The notes under the pieces are model-generated. The model worked only from the letters and a program-made list of their open reading frames with translations, did not search any database and was not told where the DNA came from. From IMG/VR virus record IMGVR_UViG_3300036784_000120, positions 32,001 through 96,000 of that record: 64,000 nucleotides of DNA, one strand, 5' to 3'. Source of the DNA: a virus. Its lineage: Duplodnaviria; Caudoviricetes. This document shows, piece after piece, positions 19,087 to 28,658 of this stretch. The stretch's first letter is position 1. Every line of letters begins with the position of its first letter. The position numbers and the translations under genes are program-made.

Positions 19087-19923
19087 TCACGCCGCCAGCA
19101 GCGGACTGTCCCGTTTCGGGTACGGGCCCGGCTCCATCGCGACCTTGACCGCGTTGCGGGCAGCCTTAGTGGTGCCGAGCGCGCACGCGTACCGCAGGTT
19201 GCCGTGGTGGCGGAACTTGACTGCGCCGATGTCTTCCAGCTGGTCAGCGAGCCACGTCGTAGGGTTCTCGCCGGCGCGGACCGGCCGGGCCCCGAGCGCG
19301 ATGAGCTGCTTCTCGGCGTACTCGTGGCCTCGGTCCTGCGCGCGGATCTTCTGCGCGGCCCGGTCAGACAGCACGGTCGCGTCAGGCAGCATCGTCAGCG
19401 TGCGGGGTGTGGAGCGGCCGAGGTACAGCGCGTTGCTGGCCTGGTAGATCGTGCCCCAATGCCCCGGTTTGAAGACTGTCCCGTCCGTCAGGCACCGTTC
19501 AACCGGGTCGGCGAACATGACCGCCCCGCGGAACCCCGCCTCAGCGGCCAGCCGCCGCACTTCCCCGATCATCCAGCTTTCCCCGTTCGCCGGCACTTCC
19601 GGCAGCAGGCAGAACCGGCCCAGGTCAGCGCTCTCCGTGTACGGCTCGAGGCCCGGGAACACTGACGTGAGCACCGACCGCTGCGCGGGCACTGACAGCA
19701 CCGCGACACCGACCAGTCGGCCGGTGTCAGCCTCGAACATGCCGTAGTTCCTCAGCGACGCCGGGAACGTCCCGGCGTAGTGGACAGACTCAATGAACGG
19801 CTTCGCCAGCGCCTGCACAATCTCGGTGACGTAGTAGCGGGATGCGTCGAACCCGCCGTCTTCCGGCCGCCGCCACGACGGGCGGCGGCCGAAATCCCAG
19901 CGCTGGCACGCAATGTTCTGCAT
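19087..19923 (-). CDS. Mom-family adenine modification enzyme (GNAT)
   Basis: LVGVAV, LGRFCLLPEVPANGESW, FADP and GHWGTIYQASN motifs. Confidence 0.8.
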   Translation of the reverse strand: MQNIACQRWDFGRRPSWRRPEDGGFDASRYYVTEIVQALAKPFIESVHYAGTFPASLRNYGMFEADTGRLVGVAVLSVPAQRSVLTSVFPGLEPYTESADLGRFCLLPEVPANGESWMIGEVRRLAAEAGFRGAVMFADPVERCLTDGTVFKPGHWGTIYQASNALYLGRSTPRTLTMLPDATVLSDRAAQKIRAQDRGHEYAEKQLIALGARPVRAGENPTTWLADQLEDIGAVKFRHHGNLRYACALGTTKAARNAVKVAMEPGPYPKRDSPLLAA

Positions 19924-20062
19924 GGATATCAGCCCCCCTCGGGGCAAGCGGTGTCCCGAGTGGTCGAGGTGGTCGAGAGTGGCGGTCTCCCTGGTGGAGT
20001 ACCGCCAGCCCTTCTCATACCACTTGCGGTACTCCGGGTTGGCGGCTTGAGCCTGCGCATCG

Positions 20063-20380
20063 TCATGACGGCACCTCGCACAGCGTGCACTTGGCGCGGC
20101 CGGACTTCGACGCGAGCCGGCGGCATGGCGTCTTCACTGTCGGCCCTATGGCCGTCTCTTGCGTCCACACCGCGATCGGCGCACCGAGAGCACCCTTGAT
20201 GTACAGGCCGGGCACGGTGCCGAACACCTCGCGGCCGTCAAGATCGTCATGGTTGCGGAGCACGTCGCCGCCCCGCCCGCCGGTCACCCGATATTCGGTC
20301 CGCTCGTGCTGGCCGTTCCACAGGTCGGTGTACACGAGCCTCAGCTCGCCTGACTCGTCGTGTGCCAGGAACTTCCTCAT
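20063..20380 (-). CDS. Hypothetical protein
   Basis: MRKFLAHD..., overlapping start/stop. Confidence 0.55.
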   Translation of the reverse strand: MRKFLAHDESGELRLVYTDLWNGQHERTEYRVTGGRGGDVLRNHDDLDGREVFGTVPGLYIKGALGAPIAVWTQETAIGPTVKTPCRRLASKSGRAKCTLCEVPS

Positions 20381-20679
20381 TGCTCGCCCTCCGTGATCTG
20401 GTCGCAGTCGTGTGGCTGGCCGGCACCGTCGACGAGGTCGACGGCCTGGCCGTCCGTGCCGGGCTTCGGCTTCAGGAGCGTGCCGCAGTGCGGGCACGGG
20501 GTCCCGGCGTCGCCGATGATTTCCAGGCAGTCGGGGCACGGGCGCTGCGATGTGCAGCCTGGCCGTGAGCAGGACACCCGGATGTTGATGCCGATCAGGT
20601 CCTCGCGCGGGAGGTCAGGCATTGCAAGCCGCCTCATGGCTTCGCGCTGCAGCCGCTTGATGCCCTCGTCCGTGGTCAT
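20377..20679 (-). CDS. Cys-rich Zn-finger protein
   Basis: CSRPGC, CPDC, CPHC. Confidence 0.6.
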   Translation of the reverse strand: MTTDEGIKRLQREAMRRLAMPDLPREDLIGINIRVSCSRPGCTSQRPCPDCLEIIGDAGTPCPHCGTLLKPKPGTDGQAVDLVDGAGQPHDCDQITEGEQ

Positions 20680-21062
20680 ATCCATCTCCTGACGCTCTTG
20701 CTGAATGCCTCCGGGCCGCCGGCGACGGCGATGAGCCGTTGCACCAGCGAGTCCAGGGAGCGGGCGGCGGACAGGTAGCCCAGCCGCTCGCCGGGGCTGT
20801 TCATCGAGTCGCCGGCGTTGTCGGCCGGGATGTCCCGGCTGGACGTGACCCGGTACAGGGCGGCGTCCAGGTTCTGCTGCCCGGCCCGGATGGTGAGCAC
20901 GGCCGGGCCCCTGCTCGTGCGGCCGGTCCAGGCCAGCTCGCCCCAGTCCGGGTTGCCACCGGCGGCGTCGATGTCCAGGCCGTGATCGACTTCGGCGGCC
21001 TGGAACGGCGTCAGCCGCATGGTGATCGTGCCGTCGTCTAGCCGGTGGTCGTTCGTGTTCAT
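20676..21062 (-). CDS. Hypothetical protein, paralog of 44717..45091
   Basis: Near-identical protein. Confidence 0.75.
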   Translation of the reverse strand: MNTNDHRLDDGTITMRLTPFQAAEVDHGLDIDAAGGNPDWGELAWTGRTSRGPAVLTIRAGQQNLDAALYRVTSSRDIPADNAGDSMNSPGERLGYLSAARSLDSLVQRLIAVAGGPEAFSKSVRRWI

Positions 21063-21076
21063 ATCCCACTCCTACT

Positions 21077-21367
21077 TCAACGGCTGAGCGGGGCCACGGC
21101 GAGGTATTCGTCGCTGCCCGGCTCACCGCCGGTGTCGAATGCCGTCCGGTCGTCGCCTTGCTCGGCCAGCAGCATCCTGTCGTCCACGAGCAGGAACACA
21201 TCGGCCATGTCGTCGCCGGGCTCAGCCCATGCGGCTACGGCGGTGAGCTGCTCGCAGGTGACGGTGATCTGCTTGCCAGCTGCAGTCAGGGTGACATCGC
21301 CGGAGGCGGGCAGCGCAACTGTCCGGTCTCGCAGGTCTTGGACGGTAAGGCGCAGGTCGTACAGCAT
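21077..21367 (-). CDS. Hypothetical protein
   Basis: MLYDLRL..., first gene of the leftward unit. Confidence 0.55.
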   Translation of the reverse strand: MLYDLRLTVQDLRDRTVALPASGDVTLTAAGKQITVTCEQLTAVAAWAEPGDDMADVFLLVDDRMLLAEQGDDRTAFDTGGEPGSDEYLAVAPLSR

Positions 21368-21430
21368 TTTTCGGGGATCCCTTCGGGTCCGGACTTTTTT
21401 GCTTACATGACCATTATATGTCAAGTCCGC

Positions 21431-21460
21431 TTGCATGTACAGGGGGACGTACTGTACAAT
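21431..21460 (+). promoter_or_regulatory. Housekeeping-sigma promoter TTGCAT-18-TACAAT with two TGTACA boxes (leaderless)
   Basis: ATG 6 nt after the -10; near-identical copy at 27407-27436. Confidence 0.75.
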
Positions 21461-21466
21461 TAAGTT

Positions 21467-21706
21467 ATGACAGGGACAAGGAAGCCGATGTTCGCGAACC
21501 TCACCGGCGACGAGCTGGCTGAGCTGGCGGACACGCTGAAGCGGTCACTGTCGGACACCGACCCGGCCACGCTGCCGGTGTCGTGGGTCTTTGAACTTTC
21601 ACTTCTGATCAAAGACGTTGAGGGCGCGCAGCGAGCCGCCCGGATGCGTGACGCAATACCGAGGAAGGCAGACGAGCACGATGACCGCAACCAAGCAGCG
21701 GCGTAA
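21467..21706 (+). CDS. Hypothetical protein
   Basis: 79 aa, leaderless start. Confidence 0.55.
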   Translation: MTGTRKPMFANLTGDELAELADTLKRSLSDTDPATLPVSWVFELSLLIKDVEGAQRAARMRDAIPRKADEHDDRNQAAA

Positions 21707-22241
21707 CGAGCGGCCGAAGGGCCGCAGCACTGAGGAACGGCAGGCAGCCGCGCAGGCACTGCGCGACCGGCTCTCCAAGTTCACCGAAGAGGCCGACCCC
21801 GCCCTGCTGGCGATGCTCGCCGCCCGGTTCGCCGGGTACAGCGAGCGGAACGCATGGCTGATCGGCATGCAGGATCCGGACGCGACCGTCGTCCGCGGGT
21901 ATGAGGCGTGGCGCGCTGAAGGCCGCCAGGTCACCGCGGGCCCGAACGGCATCCAGATCATCTCCTACGCCGGCGATGACTCCCCCAAGGGTGAGGAGGC
22001 CGCGAAGGCACCGGCGAAGGAAGGCGAGGAAACCGAGAAGGTTAACCGCTGGTTCCGGCCCGCCTACGTGTTCGACATCCGGAACACCGAGCCGATCGTG
22101 TGCGAATGCGGCGAGCCGATCCGGCGGACCGGTTACGACAAGGCCACCCGCCGCAACATGTGGGTCCACTTCGACGCCGCGATCACCGGGCATGACGCCC
22201 GCCCGCCGCGCCGCGAGACCCCCGCGGAGGTGGCGGCATGA
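21681..22241 (+). CDS. ArdC N-terminal-like ssDNA-binding protein
   Basis: RFAGYSERNAWLIGMQDPDATVVRGYEAWRAEGRQV...YVFDI. Confidence 0.75.
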   Translation: MTATKQRRNERPKGRSTEERQAAAQALRDRLSKFTEEADPALLAMLAARFAGYSERNAWLIGMQDPDATVVRGYEAWRAEGRQVTAGPNGIQIISYAGDDSPKGEEAAKAPAKEGEETEKVNRWFRPAYVFDIRNTEPIVCECGEPIRRTGYDKATRRNMWVHFDAAITGHDARPPRRETPAEVAA

Positions 22242-22687
22242 CCTGCTGCCCGTGGCAGTTCCACGGTGCCGTCCGGGCGGAGAACCCGGACGGCACCGTC
22301 ACCTTGACGCTCACCGGCTGGAACTACACCAGCCACGAGCAGCGGCACCACGGCGACACTGCGACGTGCCGCTGGTGCAGGCAGCCCATCCACCGGGCCG
22401 GGCCAGTCGGCTGGGAAGCGGACACGCCGGGCGACTGCCCCGACGCCGGCCCGCTGCTGCCCGACCACTCACCCGAGCCGCTGCCGCAGGTGGTGCACGC
22501 CACAGAGCCGTGCATGACCCGCACCGTCCCGCTGCAGTTCTCCGGGAACGAGCAGGTGATGGAGTCCGGGACAGTCGCCGACATGGTGCACGAGCACGTG
22601 AGCGAGGACTACACGGTCGTGTGGCAGGGCCGCGGCTGGACTGTTGAGATCCGCAGCGACTACCCGCTGTGGCAGATGACTGGCTAG
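22238..22687 (+). CDS. Hypothetical protein
   Basis: ATGA overlap, CRWC. Confidence 0.5.
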   Translation: MTCCPWQFHGAVRAENPDGTVTLTLTGWNYTSHEQRHHGDTATCRWCRQPIHRAGPVGWEADTPGDCPDAGPLLPDHSPEPLPQVVHATEPCMTRTVPLQFSGNEQVMESGTVADMVHEHVSEDYTVVWQGRGWTVEIRSDYPLWQMTG

Positions 22688-22698
22688 GGAGACGAGCG

Positions 22699-23397
22699 AT
22701 GGGATGCACCAGGCCTGACCACGCGGGAGTCCCGCAGGACGGCTGCACAGGCTGCGCCAGGGAATGCGAGGCTGAACTGACCCGGCTGGGCGACCAGCAG
22801 GCACGCAGCATCACTGACCGGCGCGGGTGGGAGGAACGCACCACGGCCGCGGCCCGCCGCGCCGCCCAGGATCACATGCGTACCTGGGCTGGCCTGTACT
22901 ACCTGCAGCCGGCGTTGACGGACCTGACCTTCCCGCTGGAAGAGACACTGGGCCGGGCTGCGAACGTTGACCCGGCCTGGGGCCGGACTAAGGATCAGCG
23001 GGCCCTGCTCGAAACGCTGAAGGTGCGCGCCGGGCAGGCGCAACAGCAACTGCAGGAGGTCGCGGCCGGCGCTGAGCCAGCCTGGCAGGCCGACCCGCGC
23101 GAGGCTGAAATCACCCGGCTGCGGCAGGTCATCACCGACCATGCGCAGGCGCTGCACAAGCAGTACGCCCCGCCGTCCGACGGGTTCACCGCATGCACCT
23201 GCCCCGGCTGCGAACTGATCCGCGCCATGGACACGGAGGTGACCTGCACTCACGCCGGTTCGGCGTGCGGAGGGTACAAGTGCCCCAACTGCCGGCGAGC
23301 GTCAGACACCCCGTTCAGTTGCCCGTGCGGCGCTGGCCGGGCTGACCACGTTCTCATCATCCCGGATGCCGTCGAGGCGGTGACCGAAGATGCCTGA
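22699..23397 (+). CDS. Cys-rich hypothetical protein
   Basis: Several CxxC motifs. Confidence 0.55.
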   Translation: MGCTRPDHAGVPQDGCTGCARECEAELTRLGDQQARSITDRRGWEERTTAAARRAAQDHMRTWAGLYYLQPALTDLTFPLEETLGRAANVDPAWGRTKDQRALLETLKVRAGQAQQQLQEVAAGAEPAWQADPREAEITRLRQVITDHAQALHKQYAPPSDGFTACTCPGCELIRAMDTEVTCTHAGSACGGYKCPNCRRASDTPFSCPCGAGRADHVLIIPDAVEAVTEDA

Positions 23398-23662
23398 CCG
23401 CCCGCCCGCCAAGCTGGCGAACGAGTCAGCGCTCGGCACCTACTCATTCACCTGGACCAGCGCCGACGGGGCGCGGATGGGAGTCATGTGGGGTGACGGC
23501 ATGGCCGCCCCGATGGCGTTCCGCGGCAAGGCGACCCGCGACGTGGTGAACCCGGAACGGTTCGGCTGGAAACCGCCGAAGAAAGCCGCCGACTTCAAGC
23601 AGTTCGCGCAGGCGTTCGCCGACGAGTTCGAGGCCGGCTACGACGAAGAGGAACCGGCGTGA
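23390..23662 (+). CDS. Hypothetical protein
   Basis: 90 aa in the operon. Confidence 0.55.
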   Translation: MPDRPPAKLANESALGTYSFTWTSADGARMGVMWGDGMAAPMAFRGKATRDVVNPERFGWKPPKKAADFKQFAQAFADEFEAGYDEEEPA

Positions 23663-23946
23663 TGATCATCGACCAGTCCAGGATCAACGCGCCGGACTTC
23701 CCCCGCAGCCAGGAATGGTGGCGGCGGTTCGTACCGGAATGGGTGACCGTCACGGTGCGCGACGACGGCACCGTGACGCTGGAACCCAGCAGCCTCGTCA
23801 TGCGCTACACCGCCGAACGGGGCACCTGGTGGGAACCCGGCGACCTGAAAGCAGCAGCACTCAGACATCGCGCGAAGTCGCTGGCCCAGTGGGTCGGCGG
23901 CCTCCCGCGCCTATCAGTAGCGATCGTGGAAGAGACAGGACAATGA
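23659..23946 (+). CDS. Hypothetical protein
   Basis: 95 aa, overlaps neighbours. Confidence 0.5.
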   Translation: MMIIDQSRINAPDFPRSQEWWRRFVPEWVTVTVRDDGTVTLEPSSLVMRYTAERGTWWEPGDLKAAALRHRAKSLAQWVGGLPRLSVAIVEETGQ

Positions 23947-25892
23947 CACTAGAAAGGCTCCCCCATCCGGCGATTGTGTGCTCAGGCACGCAACTGCTGA
24001 AGGTCATAACCGAACTCGAGGCAGGGACGTACCCGCAGCCCGACGATGCGATCTGGCGCGACGACCTGCCCCGCGACCTGGCGGTGCGGCTCGCGCTGGC
24101 CACCGGCGCGACCGCCGAGCAGATCGCGGAGATCACCAGCCAGCCCGCCGCCGGTGCCACCATCGCGGGGACGGCAGCCGACGGCAGCCTGGCCGTGGTC
24201 GCGGAGACACGCCACACGGACATCACGGAACCCGCGGCCGACCCGCCGGACATCATCATCCGGCACACGCACGAAGACGGGACACTGGTCCTCGGCACCA
24301 GCAAGAACGACGGGGTGTACGAACTGATCGGCCCTAAGACCGCCGCCCGGTTCCGGTACTTCCCGTCGATCAAGATGATCGGGATCCCGCAGTCCCGCGA
24401 CCACCTCGCCAAGCGGTGGCAGATCGACATGGCGCGTAAGGCGCTGGAAGCGGCCGGGTTCACCGTCGCCGTGGAGATCGACGACACGCCCCGCGACGTG
24501 GCCCAGGCCAAGGCGGACCGGGCCGGCCGGCTCGACGACCGCTACGACCGGCTGACCGCCGCAGCGGACCGGAATCAGCAGGAGGGCGACGCGCGGTGGG
24601 CACGCGCCACCGAGATCGTCGACGCGCGCAACGGCCAGCCTCGCCTCGCCGGGCATCACTCGACGCGGCGCTGGGACGCCGACGCGAAGCGCATCGACCA
24701 GAACGAGCAGGGAGCGAAGACCGCATACCGGAAGGCAGCGCGGGCCGCCACCGCCGCGAGCGTGGTCGGCGACGCCGACGCCTACCGGGAACTTCCCCCG
24801 GTGATCATCCGCCGCATCGACAAGAACGAGGCCGAACTGCGGCAGACCATGCACTACATCAACGGGACCCGGCCGGCGAACGACTGGCGCGGTGCCTACA
24901 GCATGGACCGCGAGCCCGCGACCGGTGACTGGCTCGAGCAACTGACCGCCCGCAAGACGTTCATTGAGCACCAGCTGGAAGCCGACCGCGCCGCGCTCGC
25001 CGAGCATGAGAAGAACGGGTACGTGCGGCTGACCCGCGAGACGGTGCACAAGGGCGACACCGTGACCTGGGCGGGAGGATGGGGCGGCAACAGCGCCACC
25101 GTGACCCGCGTCAACCCGAAAACGGTCACCCTCAACAGGGACCGCTACCCGCGGACCCTGCCGTATGAGCAGATCAGGACGGTGGAATGCCCGCACGCCG
25201 ACCTGGACGGCAGCCCGGAGACCGTCACGGTCACCCGGCCGCGCAGGCAGCGGCGGCGGGACCGGGTGGAGGTCAGCGAGCAGGCGCGTGCCGTTATCGG
25301 TCAGCAAGTGCGGCTCGAGGAACCGCTGACGGTGGCCGCGTCAACGGAATGCTTCCAGACCCCGCCCGCCGTGGTCGCCGAGATGATCAGCGCCGCCGCG
25401 CTCGAGCCGCACATGACGGTCCTGGAACCGTCCGCCGGCCTGGGAGCGATCGCGCTCGCGGTCGCGCCGCTGGTCGCCGCTGTCGACTGCATCGAAAACG
25501 AAAGCCAGCTAGTGGGGCGGCTGCTCGCCGCCTGGAACCCGGAGAAGGGCGCGGTGGAATACGCGGACTTCCTCGAGATCCAGCCGAACCCGATCCGGAT
25601 GTATGACCGGGTGCTGATGAACCCGCCGTTCAGCCGACAGGCCGACATCAAGCATGTCCTGCATGCGCTCGGGTTCCTGCGGCCCGGCGGGCTGCTCGTG
25701 GCGGTCATGTCCGCCGGGGTCGAGTTCCGGCAGGACAAGACGGCGACCGCGTTCCGGGAACTGGTCGCTGCCCGCGGCGGCCGGATCGAGCGGCTCGACG
25801 ACGACGCGTTCGCCGGGGCCGGGATCAGTGTCCGCACCGTGCTGGCCATCATCCCGGCCAGCACAGAGACAGAACAGGAGGAAGCGGCATGA
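23943..25892 (+). CDS. DUF3560-like domain fused to an N6-adenine methyltransferase
   Basis: IIIRHTHEDGTLV, GQPRLAGHHS; VLEPSAGLGAI and MNPPF. Confidence 0.82.
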   Translation: MTLERLPHPAIVCSGTQLLKVITELEAGTYPQPDDAIWRDDLPRDLAVRLALATGATAEQIAEITSQPAAGATIAGTAADGSLAVVAETRHTDITEPAADPPDIIIRHTHEDGTLVLGTSKNDGVYELIGPKTAARFRYFPSIKMIGIPQSRDHLAKRWQIDMARKALEAAGFTVAVEIDDTPRDVAQAKADRAGRLDDRYDRLTAAADRNQQEGDARWARATEIVDARNGQPRLAGHHSTRRWDADAKRIDQNEQGAKTAYRKAARAATAASVVGDADAYRELPPVIIRRIDKNEAELRQTMHYINGTRPANDWRGAYSMDREPATGDWLEQLTARKTFIEHQLEADRAALAEHEKNGYVRLTRETVHKGDTVTWAGGWGGNSATVTRVNPKTVTLNRDRYPRTLPYEQIRTVECPHADLDGSPETVTVTRPRRQRRRDRVEVSEQARAVIGQQVRLEEPLTVAASTECFQTPPAVVAEMISAAALEPHMTVLEPSAGLGAIALAVAPLVAAVDCIENESQLVGRLLAAWNPEKGAVEYADFLEIQPNPIRMYDRVLMNPPFSRQADIKHVLHALGFLRPGGLLVAVMSAGVEFRQDKTATAFRELVAARGGRIERLDDDAFAGAGISVRTVLAIIPASTETEQEEAA

Positions 25893-26173
25893 GCACCGAC
25901 ACCCAGCCGGCCGAGGCAGAGTGCATTGCTGTCCGTGATGCGATTACTGCGTGGCAGAACGGCGAGGAGGGCGCGCGGGACCGGCTCAACACCATCTTCG
26001 CGAGCTGGGCAGCCAACAGCTTGCCGCTCACCCTGAAGGACCGGTACGACATCGCCGACTCCATCGCGATGACCATCACGGCCGGCATCTCCCCGTACCT
26101 GGAAGCCACGGTGCTACGGCTGGCTGCACGGACGCGTGAGTGCCCCGGGGACTCAGACGGGAGCAAGGCATGA
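25889..26173 (+). CDS. Hypothetical protein
   Basis: 94 aa, ATGA overlap. Confidence 0.55.
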   Translation: MSTDTQPAEAECIAVRDAITAWQNGEEGARDRLNTIFASWAANSLPLTLKDRYDIADSIAMTITAGISPYLEATVLRLAARTRECPGDSDGSKA

Positions 26174-26439
26174 GCGATCCGTTTACCCGCAAGGTCCCGA
26201 CTCTGGCCGAGCAGACCGCGCTGACGGCGCAGGCCGTCGACACCGACCCGCGGCTGCTGTACCGCCCGCGTACCCGTTCCTATGCGCTGTACGTCGAGGG
26301 GCGCGAGCTGGGCCCGTGCCACATCTGCGGCGGCGAGGCTGACGGCGAGTGCGTGATCTGCGACCGGCCGGTGTGCGACGAGGACGCGCGGATGAAGGAT
26401 CACGACCGGTACTGCACGGGTTGCGCGCCACACCCATAA
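26170..26439 (+). CDS. Zn-finger protein
   Basis: CHIC, CVIC, CTGC. Confidence 0.6.
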   Translation: MSDPFTRKVPTLAEQTALTAQAVDTDPRLLYRPRTRSYALYVEGRELGPCHICGGEADGECVICDRPVCDEDARMKDHDRYCTGCAPHP

Positions 26440-26443
26440 GGGG

Positions 26444-26495
26444 AAAAGCCCCGGAGGACCGAGACCCAGCGGGGGGTCTCGGTCCTCCGGCTTTC
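26444..26495. terminator. Bidirectional terminator
   Basis: ccggaggaccgagaccc...gggtctcggtcctccgg between convergent genes. Confidence 0.8.
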
Positions 26496-26501
26496 TGGCG
26501 C

Positions 26502-26981
26502 TCAGGCGGCGTGGCTGAACAGCGCGCGGAGCGCCGCGGCCTGCGCCGGGGTGTAGCCGGCGGACAGCCGCAGGATCGCGGTGCCGGCGCTGTAGTCGTA
26601 CCCGTCACCGAACGGGGCGGTGAACACCCGCAGGTAGGACAGCCGTTCCTGCATGGCTTCCGCGGCGGGGAACACTTCGATGCTTCCCCCGGCGACCCCG
26701 GTCGTGGTTTCGGGCTGGGCGGTGTAGCCTCCCCAGCTCGCTTTGCTGGTGTAGCCGTTCTGGCGGCCGAGCAGGTGGTTCGGGTCGGTCGCGGCGTTGT
26801 AAACCGTGTATCCGGCCTGCTGGGACAGTCCCATCTGCTGGGCTATGGCACCCGCGGTCGGGGTGCCGTGGCTGGCCTGCGCCGCGGCCGGCGGCGGGCT
26901 GCTTGTGCCTGCCGTCCCGCATCCGGCCAGCGGTGCCGCCGCCGCTATGGCCAGCGCCGCCGCTGCCGCCAGTTTCCTCAT
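26502..26981 (-). CDS. Lipoprotein (superinfection-exclusion candidate)
   Basis: MRKLAAAAALAIAAAAPLAG-C lipobox. Confidence 0.75.
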   Translation of the reverse strand: MRKLAAAAALAIAAAAPLAGCGTAGTSSPPPAAAQASHGTPTAGAIAQQMGLSQQAGYTVYNAATDPNHLLGRQNGYTSKASWGGYTAQPETTTGVAGGSIEVFPAAEAMQERLSYLRVFTAPFGDGYDYSAGTAILRLSAGYTPAQAAALRALFSHAA

Positions 26982-27157
26982 GACGACGCGCGGCGGCGGG
27001 TGGCGCGGCGGCGGTAGAGGCGGAAGTTTGACCACCAGGCTGCGGCTGCCAGCGCCACGCCGAGCAGGTACAGCGGCTGCCCGCGCCACACCGCGAGCGC
27101 GATGAAGAACAAGGCCAGGACCGTGCTGGAAGCCGCAGCCAGCAGGTTCACTTTCAT
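26978..27157 (-). CDS. Small two-TM membrane protein (59 aa, not in ORF track)
   Basis: MKVNLLAAASSTVLALFFIALAVWRGQPLYLLGVALAAAAWW..., ATGA overlaps at both ends. Confidence 0.65.
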   Translation of the reverse strand: MKVNLLAAASSTVLALFFIALAVWRGQPLYLLGVALAAAAWWSNFRLYRRRATRRRASS

Positions 27158-27384
27158 GACGACGCCTCAAGGCGGGAGAGAAGCAGCTGCGTGACCGCAT
27201 CGGGGCCGCCGGCGGCGTGCACTGCCTCGCCGAGCTCGGCGGGGACGAGCGCGGCCTGCGGCTTGTCTCGCCGGGTGAGGATGATCACCGTCCGGCGGAT
27301 GCGTACCTGGGCGGTGATCTCTGACAGGTTGGCCCGCGCGGTCGCGACCGGTTCCCTCGCGATCGGTTCCTCGTTGATGTCCAT
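27154..27384 (-). CDS. Orphan Phd/YefM antitoxin-family DNA-binding protein
   Basis: PVATARANLSEITAQV...IILTRRDKPQAALVP. Confidence 0.8.
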   Translation of the reverse strand: MDINEEPIAREPVATARANLSEITAQVRIRRTVIILTRRDKPQAALVPAELGEAVHAAGGPDAVTQLLLSRLEASS

Positions 27385-27406
27385 GCCGTTTAGGGTACCA
27401 CTCCGC

Positions 27407-27436
27407 TTGCATGTACAGGGCGACGTATTGTACAAT
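27407..27436 (+). promoter_or_regulatory. Second TTGCAT-18-TACAAT promoter with TGTACA boxes
   Basis: Two mismatches versus 21431-21460. Confidence 0.75.
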
Positions 27437-27464
27437 TGGATCATACGGAGAGGATCCATCAGCC

Positions 27465-28607
27465 ATGACAATGATTCAGGTAAACCGCAAGGAACTCGCC
27501 GACGCGATCGCGTTCGCGAGCCTCGCCCTGCCGCGGCACCCCGTGGTGCCCGTGCTCGCCGCCCTGCGGGTGGACGTGCTCGCGGGAACCGTCACCTTCT
27601 CGGCGTTCGACTATGAGGTGTCCGCCCGCGTCAACGTGACCGGGCAGGGCGACGGGCCCGCCACGGGGACGCTCGTGTACGGCAAGGAACTAGCCGCCGC
27701 AGTCAAGAGCCTGCCGAAGGGCAAGGCCGGCACCACGGCGGAACTGGAAGTGACCGGCGCGGGCGTCACCGTCCGCTGCGACGGCGTTGAGGCGTTCGCC
27801 GCGGCGCTGCCCGCCGAAGCGCACACCGAGTACCCGAAGCTGCCCGACCTGCCCGATGAGGCAGGCGTCGTCGACGCCGCCGCGTTCGCGCGGTCCGTCG
27901 CCAGGGTCGCCGCCGGTGCCGGCAGGGACGACACGCTGCCCGTGCTGACCTGCGTCAACCTGACCAGCGACGGTGGCGTGCTCGAGCTGGCCAGCACCGA
28001 CCGGTACCGGCTGTCCGTCGATCAGCTCGACTGGAACGGCCCGGACATGGACGGTGTGAAGGTGCCCGCCGTGATCCTCGCGAAGTACGCGAAGGCAGCC
28101 GGCAAGGCCGGGAAGGTGTCGCTGTACTTCGGCGGCGAGGCCGACAGCGAGTTCGCCGGGTTCAGCGACGGGACACGGACCCTGACCGTCCGCACCAACT
28201 CGGGCGAGTTCCCCAGGTACCGGAGGCTGCTGCCGACGCGGGCCGACGCCAGCACGACCGTGACCGGCGACGCGCAGACGCTGCGCGCCGCTGTGGACCG
28301 GGCCGGGAAGCTGACGGCGCGCGGCGAGCGGATGGGGTTCGCCGTCGCCGACGGCAAGGTCACCGTCACCGCCGTTAAGGACGGCAACACGGTGAGCACC
28401 CAGCATGTCACCGCCACCGTGGACGGCCCGGATGTGGACGCCGGATTCAACGCCGCCTACCTCGCGTCAGTGCTCGCCGGGTTCGACGGTCCCGTCACGA
28501 TCGGCCTGAACGCGAACGATGAGGGCGTCGTGCTCAAGCCCGCGCTGCTGACCGCCGACGGTGACAAGTTCACCGCCGTGGTCATGCCGATCCGCAAGGC
28601 GGCGTGA
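27465..28607 (+). CDS. dnaN: DNA polymerase III beta sliding clamp
   Basis: PVVPVLAA, FSAFDYEVS, GRDDTLPVLT, STDRYRL, GEFPRYRRLLP, FNAAYL, VVMPIR. Confidence 0.92.
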   Translation: MTMIQVNRKELADAIAFASLALPRHPVVPVLAALRVDVLAGTVTFSAFDYEVSARVNVTGQGDGPATGTLVYGKELAAAVKSLPKGKAGTTAELEVTGAGVTVRCDGVEAFAAALPAEAHTEYPKLPDLPDEAGVVDAAAFARSVARVAAGAGRDDTLPVLTCVNLTSDGGVLELASTDRYRLSVDQLDWNGPDMDGVKVPAVILAKYAKAAGKAGKVSLYFGGEADSEFAGFSDGTRTLTVRTNSGEFPRYRRLLPTRADASTTVTGDAQTLRAAVDRAGKLTARGERMGFAVADGKVTVTAVKDGNTVSTQHVTATVDGPDVDAGFNAAYLASVLAGFDGPVTIGLNANDEGVVLKPALLTADGDKFTAVVMPIRKAA

Positions 28608-28625
28608 CCGGGTGGCGCAAGGTCG

Positions 28626-28658
28626 TCAGGGCCGGGGAGGAACACTCCCCGGCCCTGA
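28626..28658. terminator. Stem-loop between convergent units
   Basis: tcagggccgggga...tccccggccctga. Confidence 0.7.
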
